A program made the translations under genes and the position numbers. From assembly GCF_000007225.1 (NCBI RefSeq), contig NC_003364.1, positions 2,160,001 through 2,192,000 on the forward strand: 32,000 bases of DNA. The letters run 5' to 3'. This stretch comes from Pyrobaculum aerophilum str. IM2 (GTDB lineage: Archaea > Thermoproteota > Thermoprotei > Thermoproteales > Thermoproteaceae). Below are positions 23,969 to 31,695 of the stretch, in pieces; the first letter of the stretch is position 1, and each line of letters opens with the position of its first letter. Under the pieces are notes generated by a model, which saw only the letters and a program-made list of their open reading frames with translations, did not search any database and was not told where the DNA came from.

Positions 23969-24098
23969 GCCCCTAACCCGGCCATAGGCGCCGGTGATAC
24001 GCCCGGTCTCATCAGAACCCGGAAGCTAAGGCCGGCGCCGCGCTCGGGAGTACTGGGCTCCGCGAGGGCCCGGGAAACCGGCGTGCTGGGAGGGGGCT
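23969..24098 (+). rRNA. rrf: 5S ribosomal RNA (stand-alone gene)
   Basis: The sequence is GCCCCTAACCCGGCCATAGGCGCCGGTGATACGCCCGGTCTCATCAGAACCCGGAAGCTAAGGCCGGCGCCGCGCTCGGGAGTACTGGGCTCCGCGAGGGCCCGGGAAACCGGCGTGCTGGGAGGGGGC. It carries the archaeal 5S hallmarks (CCCGG.CTCAT....GAACCCGGAAG.TAAG, GGGAGTACTGGG, CCCGGGAAAC) and a 5'/3' helix I pairing (GCCCCT / AGGGGGC). TTTATAAA at 23942-23949 lies about 25 nt upstream, and a pyrimidine/T-rich tract (24098-24111) follows. The ends are good to about +/-3 nt. Confidence 0.9.
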
Positions 24099-24154
24099 TC
24101 TCTCTTCTTTTGTGGACACTTTTAATGCGTTTGCCGGGCTGGCCGCGGAAAATC

Positions 24155-24775
24155 CTACGGCGCGTTGCGCACTTTGACTCGGTCTATGAAGTCAACTGTT
24201 ATTTCATAATTCCAAGCGGTTGACGGCGCCCCCCGTTGTACTGAGAACTTGGCAGTCGCCGAGAGTAGCCCCATGCAGTAAATTTCCACTTGGTAGTCTG
24301 TGGCGGGGGCTTGGAATAAACTCACGGAGCCGTCTGACGCCGTGTTGGCAAATATGCTGACCCAGCGGCCTCCAGTCATGGCGTCTAGGATTTTTGCATA
24401 ACACCCGGCCAGCGGTTTGCCCGACTTGCTTCTCACAGTTATAGTAATGGGGTAGACCCAAGTGCGCACTTTACCCGCGGTGGGATAGCCCAGCTCGGCC
24501 ACGTCTCTGGCGGTTTGGCTATCGTAAACCCAAATGACCCTCCCCGAAAGGATTTCGCCTAGAGACGCCACTCCCCAAGCCACTCTTAAGCTATAGCCAG
24601 GCCTCCAGGGCAGGCCGTAGGCCAGTGCGCCGTTTATGACGTAGGACAAGGCCACTGGCTCTCCCCTCTCGTCGTAGACAACAGCTGTGCCGTAAGAGAG
24701 AGGCCGGTCGTTCCAGTCTCTAACCTCCATGGCAAATACGGCGAGAGCTAATAGGAGGATTAAAAACACTCTCAT
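24155..24775 (-). CDS. Secreted hypothetical protein (signal peptide, beta-rich)
   Basis: The track ORF extends to 24898. The ATG at 24775 instead gives a classic signal peptide, MRVFLILLLALAVFAMEV, and lies about 26 nt after a minus-strand TATA (CTTATATTT, plus-strand coordinates 24797-24805). The longer version would overlap the divergent gene and its promoter. Confidence 0.6.
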   Translation of the reverse strand: MRVFLILLLALAVFAMEVRDWNDRPLSYGTAVVYDERGEPVALSYVINGALAYGLPWRPGYSLRVAWGVASLGEILSGRVIWVYDSQTARDVAELGYPTAGKVRTWVYPITITVRSKSGKPLAGCYAKILDAMTGGRWVSIFANTASDGSVSLFQAPATDYQVEIYCMGLLSATAKFSVQRGAPSTAWNYEITVDFIDRVKVRNAP

Positions 24776-24796
24776 AACGGCAAAGGGAGTAGCGCA

Positions 24797-24813
24797 AATA
24801 TAAGTTTTAAAGG
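24797..24813. promoter_or_regulatory. Back-to-back TATA boxes for the divergent leaderless genes 24775(-) and 24831(+)
   Basis: The sequence is AAATATAAGTTTTAAAG. The left half is centred about 26 nt from the ATG at 24775, and the right half about 23-27 nt from the GTG at 24831. The whole intergenic spacer is only 55 nt. Confidence 0.5.
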
Positions 24814-24830
24814 CAATTCCACAAGCCCCC

Positions 24831-25739
24831 GTGAGAATTCTCATATACGGCGGCTTGGGCTTCATAGGGGCCAACGTGGTGGAGGCCTTAGCTGGCAACG
24901 AGCTCTATGTGGCCCACAGACCTGGCTCGCCGGGGAGGAAGCCGAAAATTGCCAGTTTCGTGTCGCAGTACGCCGGACTTGTCGAGTATACAGACCCGGC
25001 GAGGCCGCTGGAGGCCGTTAAGCCGGAGTTAATAATAAACCTAGTGGGGGAGTACTTCGGCCCGCCCGAAGTTATTAAATCCGCCAATGCGGATTTTCCG
25101 AAAAGGCTGTGCGAGGCGAGCCGCAGGGCGGGTTGGAGGGGAAAGGTAATTCACATTTCCGCGGCGACAGTCAGAGGGCCCGTGGGAGAGGTGATAAGGG
25201 AAGAGGAGAGACATCTAGAGGGGATATCGCCTGTTTCGTACTTCGACGAGACTAAGGCTGAGGGCGAGAGGGCAGTGGCGCAGTGTTTTGAAGACTGGGT
25301 TATTGTGAGGCCCGTGTTGGTATACGGCAGGTTTAACGACCATCCCGAATGGGTAATGCTAGTGAATTACTTGCAAAAAGGATTTGCCCCCGCCATAAGG
25401 GCTAGAGTCTCTGTAATATCTGCGAGGGAATTGGCGAAAGTAATAAAGGCTTCTATGGCTTTGTCTAGAGAATACTTCTTCGCTACGGAATGCTTGCCGC
25501 GCATGCTTGTAGACTTCATAGACGCAATGGCCAGGGCCGTCAGAAAACGCGTTGTTAAAATCCCAGTTCCAACTTCCCTACTTAAATTAGCAGCCCCCCG
25601 GGAACTACGCTCTCACATACCCTTTTTAAACAAGACTTTTAGCTGTGAGAAACTTAAAAAACTACTAGGCTTTACTCCGGCTCCAGATTTTGAAAAAGAG
25701 ATTATGGAAATGACAAATTTTATTTTAAATATACATTAG
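24831..25739 (+). CDS. NAD(P)-dependent epimerase/dehydratase family protein (extended SDR)
   Basis: The ORF encodes 302 aa from a GTG start. The N-terminal Rossmann motif is MRILIYGGLGFIGANVV. The segment SYFDETKAEGE occupies the position of the catalytic Tyr/Lys, but with Y-x4-K spacing rather than Y-x3-K. Confidence 0.7.
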   Translation: MRILIYGGLGFIGANVVEALAGNELYVAHRPGSPGRKPKIASFVSQYAGLVEYTDPARPLEAVKPELIINLVGEYFGPPEVIKSANADFPKRLCEASRRAGWRGKVIHISAATVRGPVGEVIREEERHLEGISPVSYFDETKAEGERAVAQCFEDWVIVRPVLVYGRFNDHPEWVMLVNYLQKGFAPAIRARVSVISARELAKVIKASMALSREYFFATECLPRMLVDFIDAMARAVRKRVVKIPVPTSLLKLAAPRELRSHIPFLNKTFSCEKLKKLLGFTPAPDFEKEIMEMTNFILNIH

Positions 25740-25740
25740 A

Positions 25741-27105
25741 TTATCTAATATTGACAACTTCGAGAAGTACATTCATATATTGTGATTTTAAATCATAGTA
25801 TAGCATCATGCCACTAGACATACATATCTGTATCTCGCCGCTGATTAACGCCGGCAACGTCTTTCTGTACAGTTGCCCTGTACGTCCCGTAGCTTGACAT
25901 TCGCCAATTGTATCGCCTGGGGAGTATTGCCCCGATGCTATTAAGACTGGGTCGTATTCCGGTAAGAGTATATTCGCCAATGGGATTAAGCCATAAGGCC
26001 CCTCATACTTTTCCTCATTACAGGCGCCTTGAGTGCAGTACTTAATTATTGACTGCTTTCCGTCGTAGTTCACAGATGCGTTTAAATCACTGCCGTTGAT
26101 TATATACCAATATTGACCGTCCGCCTCAATATGTAGTTTCAGAGTTGCATGTCTCAATTCCCCTCCAAAATTCATTTTAACGGTGTAATCGGCCTCGTAG
26201 CTAATAGGCTTTACCAACTCACCTCCCAATACCAGCTTTTTAATTTCCTCTATTTTGCTCTCATTAAAAGGTACTACGCCAACGAGCACCATTTGTATAT
26301 TTGTAAATGGAAGCGGAGAATCTTTTACAGTTTCTGGATTTACTTGAGCAAAGGTATATATAAGGATCCCTTTATTGTTTATACAAATTTCTGCATTTTT
26401 AAGCGATCCTTGTGAGTAATCTTCGGGATTTTTTAATACAAACTTATAGCCAGACCGCTCGCCGTAAGAACACGTCCCTTCAAAACGCCAAGCGTCGTTA
26501 AGCTGTTGATATACTTCCTCAGGGGATAAGTTCGTAATATTTGCCGACAGCCTAGTCTCTACTACCCTCCCAGTACAGAAGCCAGAGGTGCATTGATAGA
26601 TAAATGTCTTTTCTCCGTCGTAAGCCTGATGTGAAAGCAAAGTTAAGTTCCCAAACTCCACCCTACCTATTGTATAGGATTTGTTTATACCAACGCCGTA
26701 AATAACAGTAATAAAGTGCATAGTAGACTGGTTGATACCAACATTAATGTGGTACTCTGCCTCATAAGGTTCAAAATTTCTTAGTATTTCTTCCACGATA
26801 TTGCCAACCTCTTTAGGTTGTTGCGTAGTAGTCTCGACATGCGTCGTGGTGGTAGTCTGCTGAGTAGTTGTAGTCTGGGCAGTAGTATGTGGCGTCGTTG
26901 AAGTCTGCGTATTTGTATAAGTCGTCGTAATGGTTTCCACCGACGTGGGGGGTTGTGATGGCGATTGTTGTATCGTAGTAGTTTGTACATTTGTGGGCGG
27001 TAGATAAGTTGTTTGAGACTCTCCCGGCTTGGTCAATGAAATAAACCCCACAATCACCGCACTTATTGCAATTATTACAACCGCCGCTATTATTAGCCAC
27101 TTCAT
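25741..27105 (-). CDS. Membrane-anchored surface protein: N-terminal TM, Thr/Gln-rich stalk, and two tandem copies of a 4-Cys domain
   Basis: The ORF encodes 454 aa. The TM anchor is MKWLIIAAVVIIAISAVIVGFISL. The low-complexity T/Q/P stalk spans residues ~31-97 (nt 26815-27015). There is an internal duplication (residues ~112-255 versus ~300-440), described in the findings. The GC content is clearly lower than in the flanking genes. Confidence 0.7.
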   Translation of the reverse strand: MKWLIIAAVVIIAISAVIVGFISLTKPGESQTTYLPPTNVQTTTIQQSPSQPPTSVETITTTYTNTQTSTTPHTTAQTTTTQQTTTTTHVETTTQQPKEVGNIVEEILRNFEPYEAEYHINVGINQSTMHFITVIYGVGINKSYTIGRVEFGNLTLLSHQAYDGEKTFIYQCTSGFCTGRVVETRLSANITNLSPEEVYQQLNDAWRFEGTCSYGERSGYKFVLKNPEDYSQGSLKNAEICINNKGILIYTFAQVNPETVKDSPLPFTNIQMVLVGVVPFNESKIEEIKKLVLGGELVKPISYEADYTVKMNFGGELRHATLKLHIEADGQYWYIINGSDLNASVNYDGKQSIIKYCTQGACNEEKYEGPYGLIPLANILLPEYDPVLIASGQYSPGDTIGECQATGRTGQLYRKTLPALISGEIQICMSSGMMLYYDLKSQYMNVLLEVVNIR

Positions 27106-27621
27106 ATATAGTTAGTATCACTATCTATTAATTAAATTTTTCGATTTTCTAATTTTTATTTTCTCTATGATAAAATTTATATTGAAGAGATAATTTAATA
27201 TATTTTATATAAACATTTACTATATTAATCTGTTTCTACGGGGTCGATATTAACGAACCTTTCTACATGCAGTGAGCGATACAGATTGGCCCAAGAAATC
27301 CAGTGAAGTGACTTATATATCACTATTTCTGAAGGGGTTGTAAAAGAGGTTAAATATCGTGGTAGCTGTTCTCCATCGCTATATGCTAGAGTAGGAAACA
27401 CTTAAGCATAATCTTTAGCATCTTGAGACATCAGGCGTAAGTAATTGCCTCCAGCGCTTATGGCTTTGCTCAGGGTGACTTAGACTTTGGAGCTTAGTAG
27501 ACACCTCTCCACCTTGGTGAGGAAATGAAACAACCACTATAGTCTCAAAATTCCCTTGAGATAGGGTAACATAAAAATGGTTTTGGAAAATGTTTTAATA
27601 AATACACTTTCTATATAATAT

Positions 27622-27909
27622 ATGGAAATACCACTGGCTTTCATTTTTCGGCGCTGTCCTCCTCGCTATTATTTAGAACTGCGCTTGTGGGGAATACGGC
27701 TGGCCTCCCTTTCCCCCTGCCCTTGGGCTGAGGAAATAAACGAGGATCAACTGCCGGAGTATATAAAAGACAAATTCGTCGTTATCGTCGGCGATAAGGC
27801 CTTGGCCAAGAGGCTTGAAGTGGCCTATGCCACATATAAAGAGGTGGAGAGGTTTTTAGACTATTTAAAAAAGGAGCTGAGTCCTGTCTATATGCCCTAC
27901 CTCCAGTAA
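27622..27909 (+). CDS. Hypothetical small protein
   Basis: The ORF encodes 95 aa. The C-terminal half (LPEYIKDKFVVIVGDKALAKRLEVAYATYKEVERFLDYLKKEL) looks protein-like, but the N-terminal 40 residues look less so. An AT-rich promoter-like sequence lies directly upstream. This is a weak call. Confidence 0.35.
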   Translation: MEIPLAFIFRRCPPRYYLELRLWGIRLASLSPCPWAEEINEDQLPEYIKDKFVVIVGDKALAKRLEVAYATYKEVERFLDYLKKELSPVYMPYLQ

Positions 27910-27938
27910 AGTCTTTTAAAATATGCTTTTTCTACGCC

Positions 27939-28520
27939 ATGAGTTTTGAAAAAAACTTATTAGAGAGAATTGCCTCCTATATCCCGGGCTACGCCGGGTA
28001 TAAGGAGAAGGAAATACGCCGGGAGACAGACGCGTTGTTGAGAAGGCACATATCCTCTATTCTGGCCTCGGCCGCCTCCCAGCTGGTCCTCGCCCCCGCA
28101 GACGCCAGGACGGTGGCCGCCAACCCGGACGCCCGCTATTTATGGGACGCCGTGAGGGCAGAGCTGGATAAAGTCGTGCAGAAAATAGACAAGGCCCCCC
28201 ACGGCTACGTAGGGTTTTTCGACTTGGTAAAGGTGGACGAGGGAGTGTTGGAAAAGGTGTATAACCACGACCTCGCGCTGGTGGAGGAGGCCAAAAAGAT
28301 CGCAGACGCCGTAAGTGCCTTGAAGAACTTGCGCCCGGGATCCGCCGAGTGGCTAGACGCCTTAAGGCAGATATTCGCCCTTATTAAAAACTTCGACGCA
28401 AAAATCGATGAGAGGGCCAAGTTGTTAAAAGCCATAAGCGAGCCGCCTCCACAGCTGTGGGAGAGGGGGGAGGAGAAAAAGAGAAGCATATTGGATAGGT
28501 TGTTCAAGAGGGGGAAATAG
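27939..28520 (+). CDS. Hypothetical all-helical cytoplasmic protein
   Basis: The ORF encodes 193 aa with charged, heptad-like helices (MSFEKNLLERIASYIPGYAGYKEKEIRRETDALLRRHI...). TTTTAAAATA lies about 20 nt upstream. I recognise no family. Confidence 0.55.
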   Translation: MSFEKNLLERIASYIPGYAGYKEKEIRRETDALLRRHISSILASAASQLVLAPADARTVAANPDARYLWDAVRAELDKVVQKIDKAPHGYVGFFDLVKVDEGVLEKVYNHDLALVEEAKKIADAVSALKNLRPGSAEWLDALRQIFALIKNFDAKIDERAKLLKAISEPPPQLWERGEEKKRSILDRLFKRGK

Positions 28521-28687
28521 GATGCCGCCCCCCGCGGGTTAAGGTCGTTAAATCCTCACATAGCTTACTGCCACCGTGTTGTAATAAGTTACGCCACGTT
28601 CGCAGTGAACGTTCATTACAGCTATTAACGTAGTCGTTTTGCGCACACTTTATACAACCCCCCTGCCGTCACGGGGCGCGGAGGGGC

Positions 28688-29428
28688 TTACTTCCCAAGT
28701 GTAGTATCTAAAAAGAGCATTAAGAGCGTTCCTGCGACAAAGCCGTAGGTGGGGTACTTTTTGTCCTTTCCCTCGGCGTAAATATCGGGGTAGAGCTCAG
28801 CCACGGTGACGTATATCATGGCGCCTCCTGCTATGCCCATGGCAAGCCCCAGCGCCGCTGGCAAGGCCGATGAGGCGGCCCCAGACGCAATTACCGCCCC
28901 TCCCTCAACTAAGGCGCTGAGCACTCCGACGAGCAAGGGAATTCTCAGCGTGTTAAATTGGAGCAATGGTAGCACAACGGCGACTCCCTCAGGCACGTCT
29001 TGTACGGCTATTGCCACGGCTGTTATAAGCCCCAACTCTACGTCGTAAGCTGTTGATACCCCCACTGCCAGCCCCTCTGGTATATTGTGTATTGTTATGG
29101 CCAAAGCTATTAGCCAACTTCTCTTTAACCTCCCCAGTAGCGCCTGAGGCCCCTCATATCCCTTGACTAAGTGTTCGTGGGGAATTACTGCGTTTAAGAA
29201 ATTTATTAAAAAGACGCCAAGCACTATGCCAATACCCACTTGCCAAAACCCCCAGCCTTCAACCCCCGGTATTATTAAGCTAGTGAAGCTGGCCACTAAC
29301 ATAACGCCGCCTGTAAAGCCGAGTCCGAAGTTTATCCACTTTTCCTCCCTCTTTACTAACACTCCGCTTGCCACTCCAAGGAGCGTGCCTCCTGTGACTA
29401 TTAGCGAATGTAAGAGTAGGGGGTCCAC
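28688..29428 (-). CDS. ZIP-family divalent metal (zinc) transporter, ZupT/GufA-like
   Basis: The ORF encodes 246 aa with about 8 TM helices. It carries the paired ZIP signatures IHNIPEGLAVG and VQDVPEGVAV. Confidence 0.8.
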   Translation of the reverse strand: MDPLLLHSLIVTGGTLLGVASGVLVKREEKWINFGLGFTGGVMLVASFTSLIIPGVEGWGFWQVGIGIVLGVFLINFLNAVIPHEHLVKGYEGPQALLGRLKRSWLIALAITIHNIPEGLAVGVSTAYDVELGLITAVAIAVQDVPEGVAVVLPLLQFNTLRIPLLVGVLSALVEGGAVIASGAASSALPAALGLAMGIAGGAMIYVTVAELYPDIYAEGKDKKYPTYGFVAGTLLMLFLDTTLGK

Positions 29429-29483
29429 AGTAAGCTCGGGTTTTTACCTTAATAAAGTTATTTAATTTAGAAAAGTCTAGGTC

Positions 29484-30452
29484 ATGCCACAAGTAATTCA
29501 GTGGGTTAATCCGAGAGAGGGGGAGATAATATGGCGCTACCCCGTTGATCGAATTGAGTGGGGGGCCCAGTTAATAGTGGAAGAGTGGCAGGCGGCGGTG
29601 TTTATGAGAGACGGAAAGGTATACGACGTGTTTAGAGCCGGCCGCCACACTCTCACAACGCTTAATCTCCCCCTCTTGACCCAAGTCCTCAGCAGAGTGG
29701 CCGGCTATGAGAAGTCCCCCTTCGTCGCCACGGTTATTTACGTCTCTTTAAAACAACACCAGTTGCCCTTCGGCGGGAGGGGGCAGACGGCGGAGCTTGC
29801 GCCTATACAATTCTTCGGCACGGCTTGGTTTAGAGTGGCCGACCCCGCCCTGTTCGTGACGCAAGTGGTGGGCGGGCAGAACATCTACACCACGGAGGAT
29901 CTCCAGAAATTTCTAAGAGGCTATTTCAACGAGCTTTTAATGGCGGAGCTCTCAAGGCAGTCAATATTCACAATTTACGGCAATTTAGAACAAGTGAGTT
30001 TCATCGCGAAAAACGCCATACAGCCCCACTTCGGGAGAATAGGCCTTGAGCTTATAGACGTGAGGTTTGAGGGACTGGACGTGACAGACCCTGTTTGGAG
30101 AGACAGGCTGTTTTACATCAGAGCCACCGGCGTAAACCCCGCCGAGTATTTACGCATGGAGACTGTGCAAAAAGCGGCGGCGGAGCTGGGGAAAAGCCCC
30201 GGCGCCGCGGCTGGGACCGGAATTGTTTTAATCCCGCCGTTGCTCTGGCCGCAACAACAGCCGCAGCCAAGCGCACAGCCTCAACAGCAACAAGGCGGCG
30301 TGGTGTGCCCTCAATGCGGCTATGTAAACCCGCCGGGGGCCAAGTTCTGTATAAATTGCGGTTATATGCTGGGGAAGAAGTGCCCCCAGTGCGGCCACGT
30401 CAACCCACCTGACGCGAAGTTCTGTATGAACTGCGGGGCTAAATTGCCGTGA
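29484..30452 (+). CDS. SPFH (stomatin/prohibitin-like) domain protein with a C-terminal Gln-rich linker and double zinc ribbon (COG4260 / B. subtilis YdjI type)
   Basis: The ORF encodes 322 aa. The N-terminus VIQWVNPREGEIIWRYPVDRIEWGAQLIVEEWQAAVFMRDGKVYDVFRAGRHTLTTLNLPLL is the hallmark of the YdjI-like SPFH subgroup. The linker is QQQPQPSAQPQQQQ. Two ribbons follow: CPQCGYVNPPGAKFCINCG and CPQCGHVNPPDAKFCMNCG. Confidence 0.8.
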   Translation: MPQVIQWVNPREGEIIWRYPVDRIEWGAQLIVEEWQAAVFMRDGKVYDVFRAGRHTLTTLNLPLLTQVLSRVAGYEKSPFVATVIYVSLKQHQLPFGGRGQTAELAPIQFFGTAWFRVADPALFVTQVVGGQNIYTTEDLQKFLRGYFNELLMAELSRQSIFTIYGNLEQVSFIAKNAIQPHFGRIGLELIDVRFEGLDVTDPVWRDRLFYIRATGVNPAEYLRMETVQKAAAELGKSPGAAAGTGIVLIPPLLWPQQQPQPSAQPQQQQGGVVCPQCGYVNPPGAKFCINCGYMLGKKCPQCGHVNPPDAKFCMNCGAKLP

Positions 30453-30745
30453 CGCCGGGGGAGACAGCCGCCGCAATAGCCGCCTTGGCTGTTGGGATTT
30501 ATTTAATTCTGGCGTCCGCGGGGCTGGTGCAAATAGCAATTAATCAGTTAATAGGCTTGGCAGTTGGCGCATTCGGCGTGGCGTATATCGCGGCGGGCAG
30601 GACGAGGGAGTCGGCCTTTTGGGGCGGCGTGTTGGCCATACTGGGAGTTGCGATGGCCGCAGGCTGGGGAGCCTCCCCGTTGTTTGTAGTCGGCGTAGTC
30701 CTCGTCTTCATTTCCCTTTTCGCCCTATTGGCAAGTAGGCGGTAA
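30449..30745 (+). CDS. Small membrane protein (3-4 TM) translationally coupled to the SPFH gene
   Basis: The ORF encodes 98 aa. Its GTG start overlaps the SPFH TGA stop (GTGA). It consists of Gly/Ala-rich TM helices. Confidence 0.55.
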   Translation: MTPGETAAAIAALAVGIYLILASAGLVQIAINQLIGLAVGAFGVAYIAAGRTRESAFWGGVLAILGVAMAAGWGASPLFVVGVVLVFISLFALLASRR

Positions 30746-30774
30746 GGCTAATTAGGTCGGGCTATTCCCCCTCC

Positions 30775-31695
30775 ATGCCTCTATATTTGGCCGTTGGAGG
30801 GGGCGGAGACGTTGTGATGGCCGCGGCACTGGCGGGGGAGGAGGCCGTGGGGCAGATACCCTGGGAGAGGTACGTGGTTGACCCAGAGCCCGGCCCCGTG
30901 CCTCCTCCCTCGTTGCGGGAGGTGTTAGATCTGGGAAATGGGCTTTATTTGGCGACGCCCAGGAGCTTCGCGGAGAGAGGGGGGAGGCTTTTTAAAACCC
31001 AGGGCATGTGCGTTGCTGAGGCGTTGCAAAAATCCGTCTACTTGGTGGATCCGTACAGAAGGCCTAGCGAATTGGCGAAGGCGCTTGTCCGTTTTGATAA
31101 AATTATTGGCGTTGACGTTGGCGGCGACGTCTTGGGGGTTGGGTGTGAGGAGTCTCTAAGGAGCCCGCTGGCAGACGCCTACGGACTCGCCGTCTTGGCT
31201 AAGGCGAGTGAACTCGGCGTGGAGGCCGAGCTGTGGGTGATGTCGCCTGGGGCAGATGGCGAGTTAAGCCTAGAGTACTTAATTCGCAGAGTCGCAGAGG
31301 CGGCGAGGGAGGGCGGCCTACTGGGGACTGTGGGGCTTGACAGTAAGCAAGTTGAAGTTTTGGAAAAACTAGTAAAGCGCTGTGTGACTGAGGCCTCCGC
31401 CGTTGCCGTGAGGGCCTTCAAGGGGGAGTACGGCCCGGCCCACATACGGGGAGGCGCCAGGCTCGTGGAAATAGGGGCTTGCGCGTTGATCGGCTTTAAA
31501 TTCAGCCCAAAGGCCCTCTTAAAGTTAAACAAAGCGGCGCGTTTAATTTACGAAAGCGACGCGCCTATTGACAAGGCGGCTGACTTGCTTATAGAAAACG
31601 GAATTCCCACAGAGCTCCATTTAGAGCAGTTATTGGCTAAGGGCCTCGACATATACGCGGCCTTAGAGGAGTTGAAAAAGAAGAAGAGTTGTTAG
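30775..31695 (+). CDS. Hypothetical protein with two Gly-rich Asp motifs (resembles archaeal DUF1152 as I recall it)
   Basis: The ORF encodes 306 aa. The motifs are MPLYLAVGGGGDVVMAA and KIIGVDVGGDVLGVG. The protein is soluble. The family assignment is from memory only. Confidence 0.5.
   Translation: MPLYLAVGGGGDVVMAAALAGEEAVGQIPWERYVVDPEPGPVPPPSLREVLDLGNGLYLATPRSFAERGGRLFKTQGMCVAEALQKSVYLVDPYRRPSELAKALVRFDKIIGVDVGGDVLGVGCEESLRSPLADAYGLAVLAKASELGVEAELWVMSPGADGELSLEYLIRRVAEAAREGGLLGTVGLDSKQVEVLEKLVKRCVTEASAVAVRAFKGEYGPAHIRGGARLVEIGACALIGFKFSPKALLKLNKAARLIYESDAPIDKAADLLIENGIPTELHLEQLLAKGLDIYAALEELKKKKSC

Noticed and set aside
23933-24223. 96-aa ORF (MEKFINQYVIGVAPNPAIGAGDTPGLIRTRKLRPAP...).
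   Set aside because: It is a translation through the 5S rRNA gene (23969-24098) and its flanks.
24776-24898. N-terminal 41-residue extension of the secreted protein ORF.
   Set aside because: It would overlap the divergent epimerase start and both TATA boxes. The internal ATG at 24775 yields a clean signal peptide with correct promoter spacing.
28521-28687. 168-nt spacer between convergent genes, with the hairpin ACGTTC-gcagt-GAACGT and GC-rich ends, considered as a tRNA or sRNA.
   Set aside because: It has no T-loop or anticodon-arm architecture and no C/D or H/ACA boxes. It is most simply a 3' UTR or termination region.
30095-30539. Alternative-frame and antisense ORFs (105 aa and 103 aa) over the 3' end of the SPFH gene.
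   Set aside because: They are Arg-rich shadow frames. The sense frame encodes the Gln-rich linker and two clear zinc ribbons.
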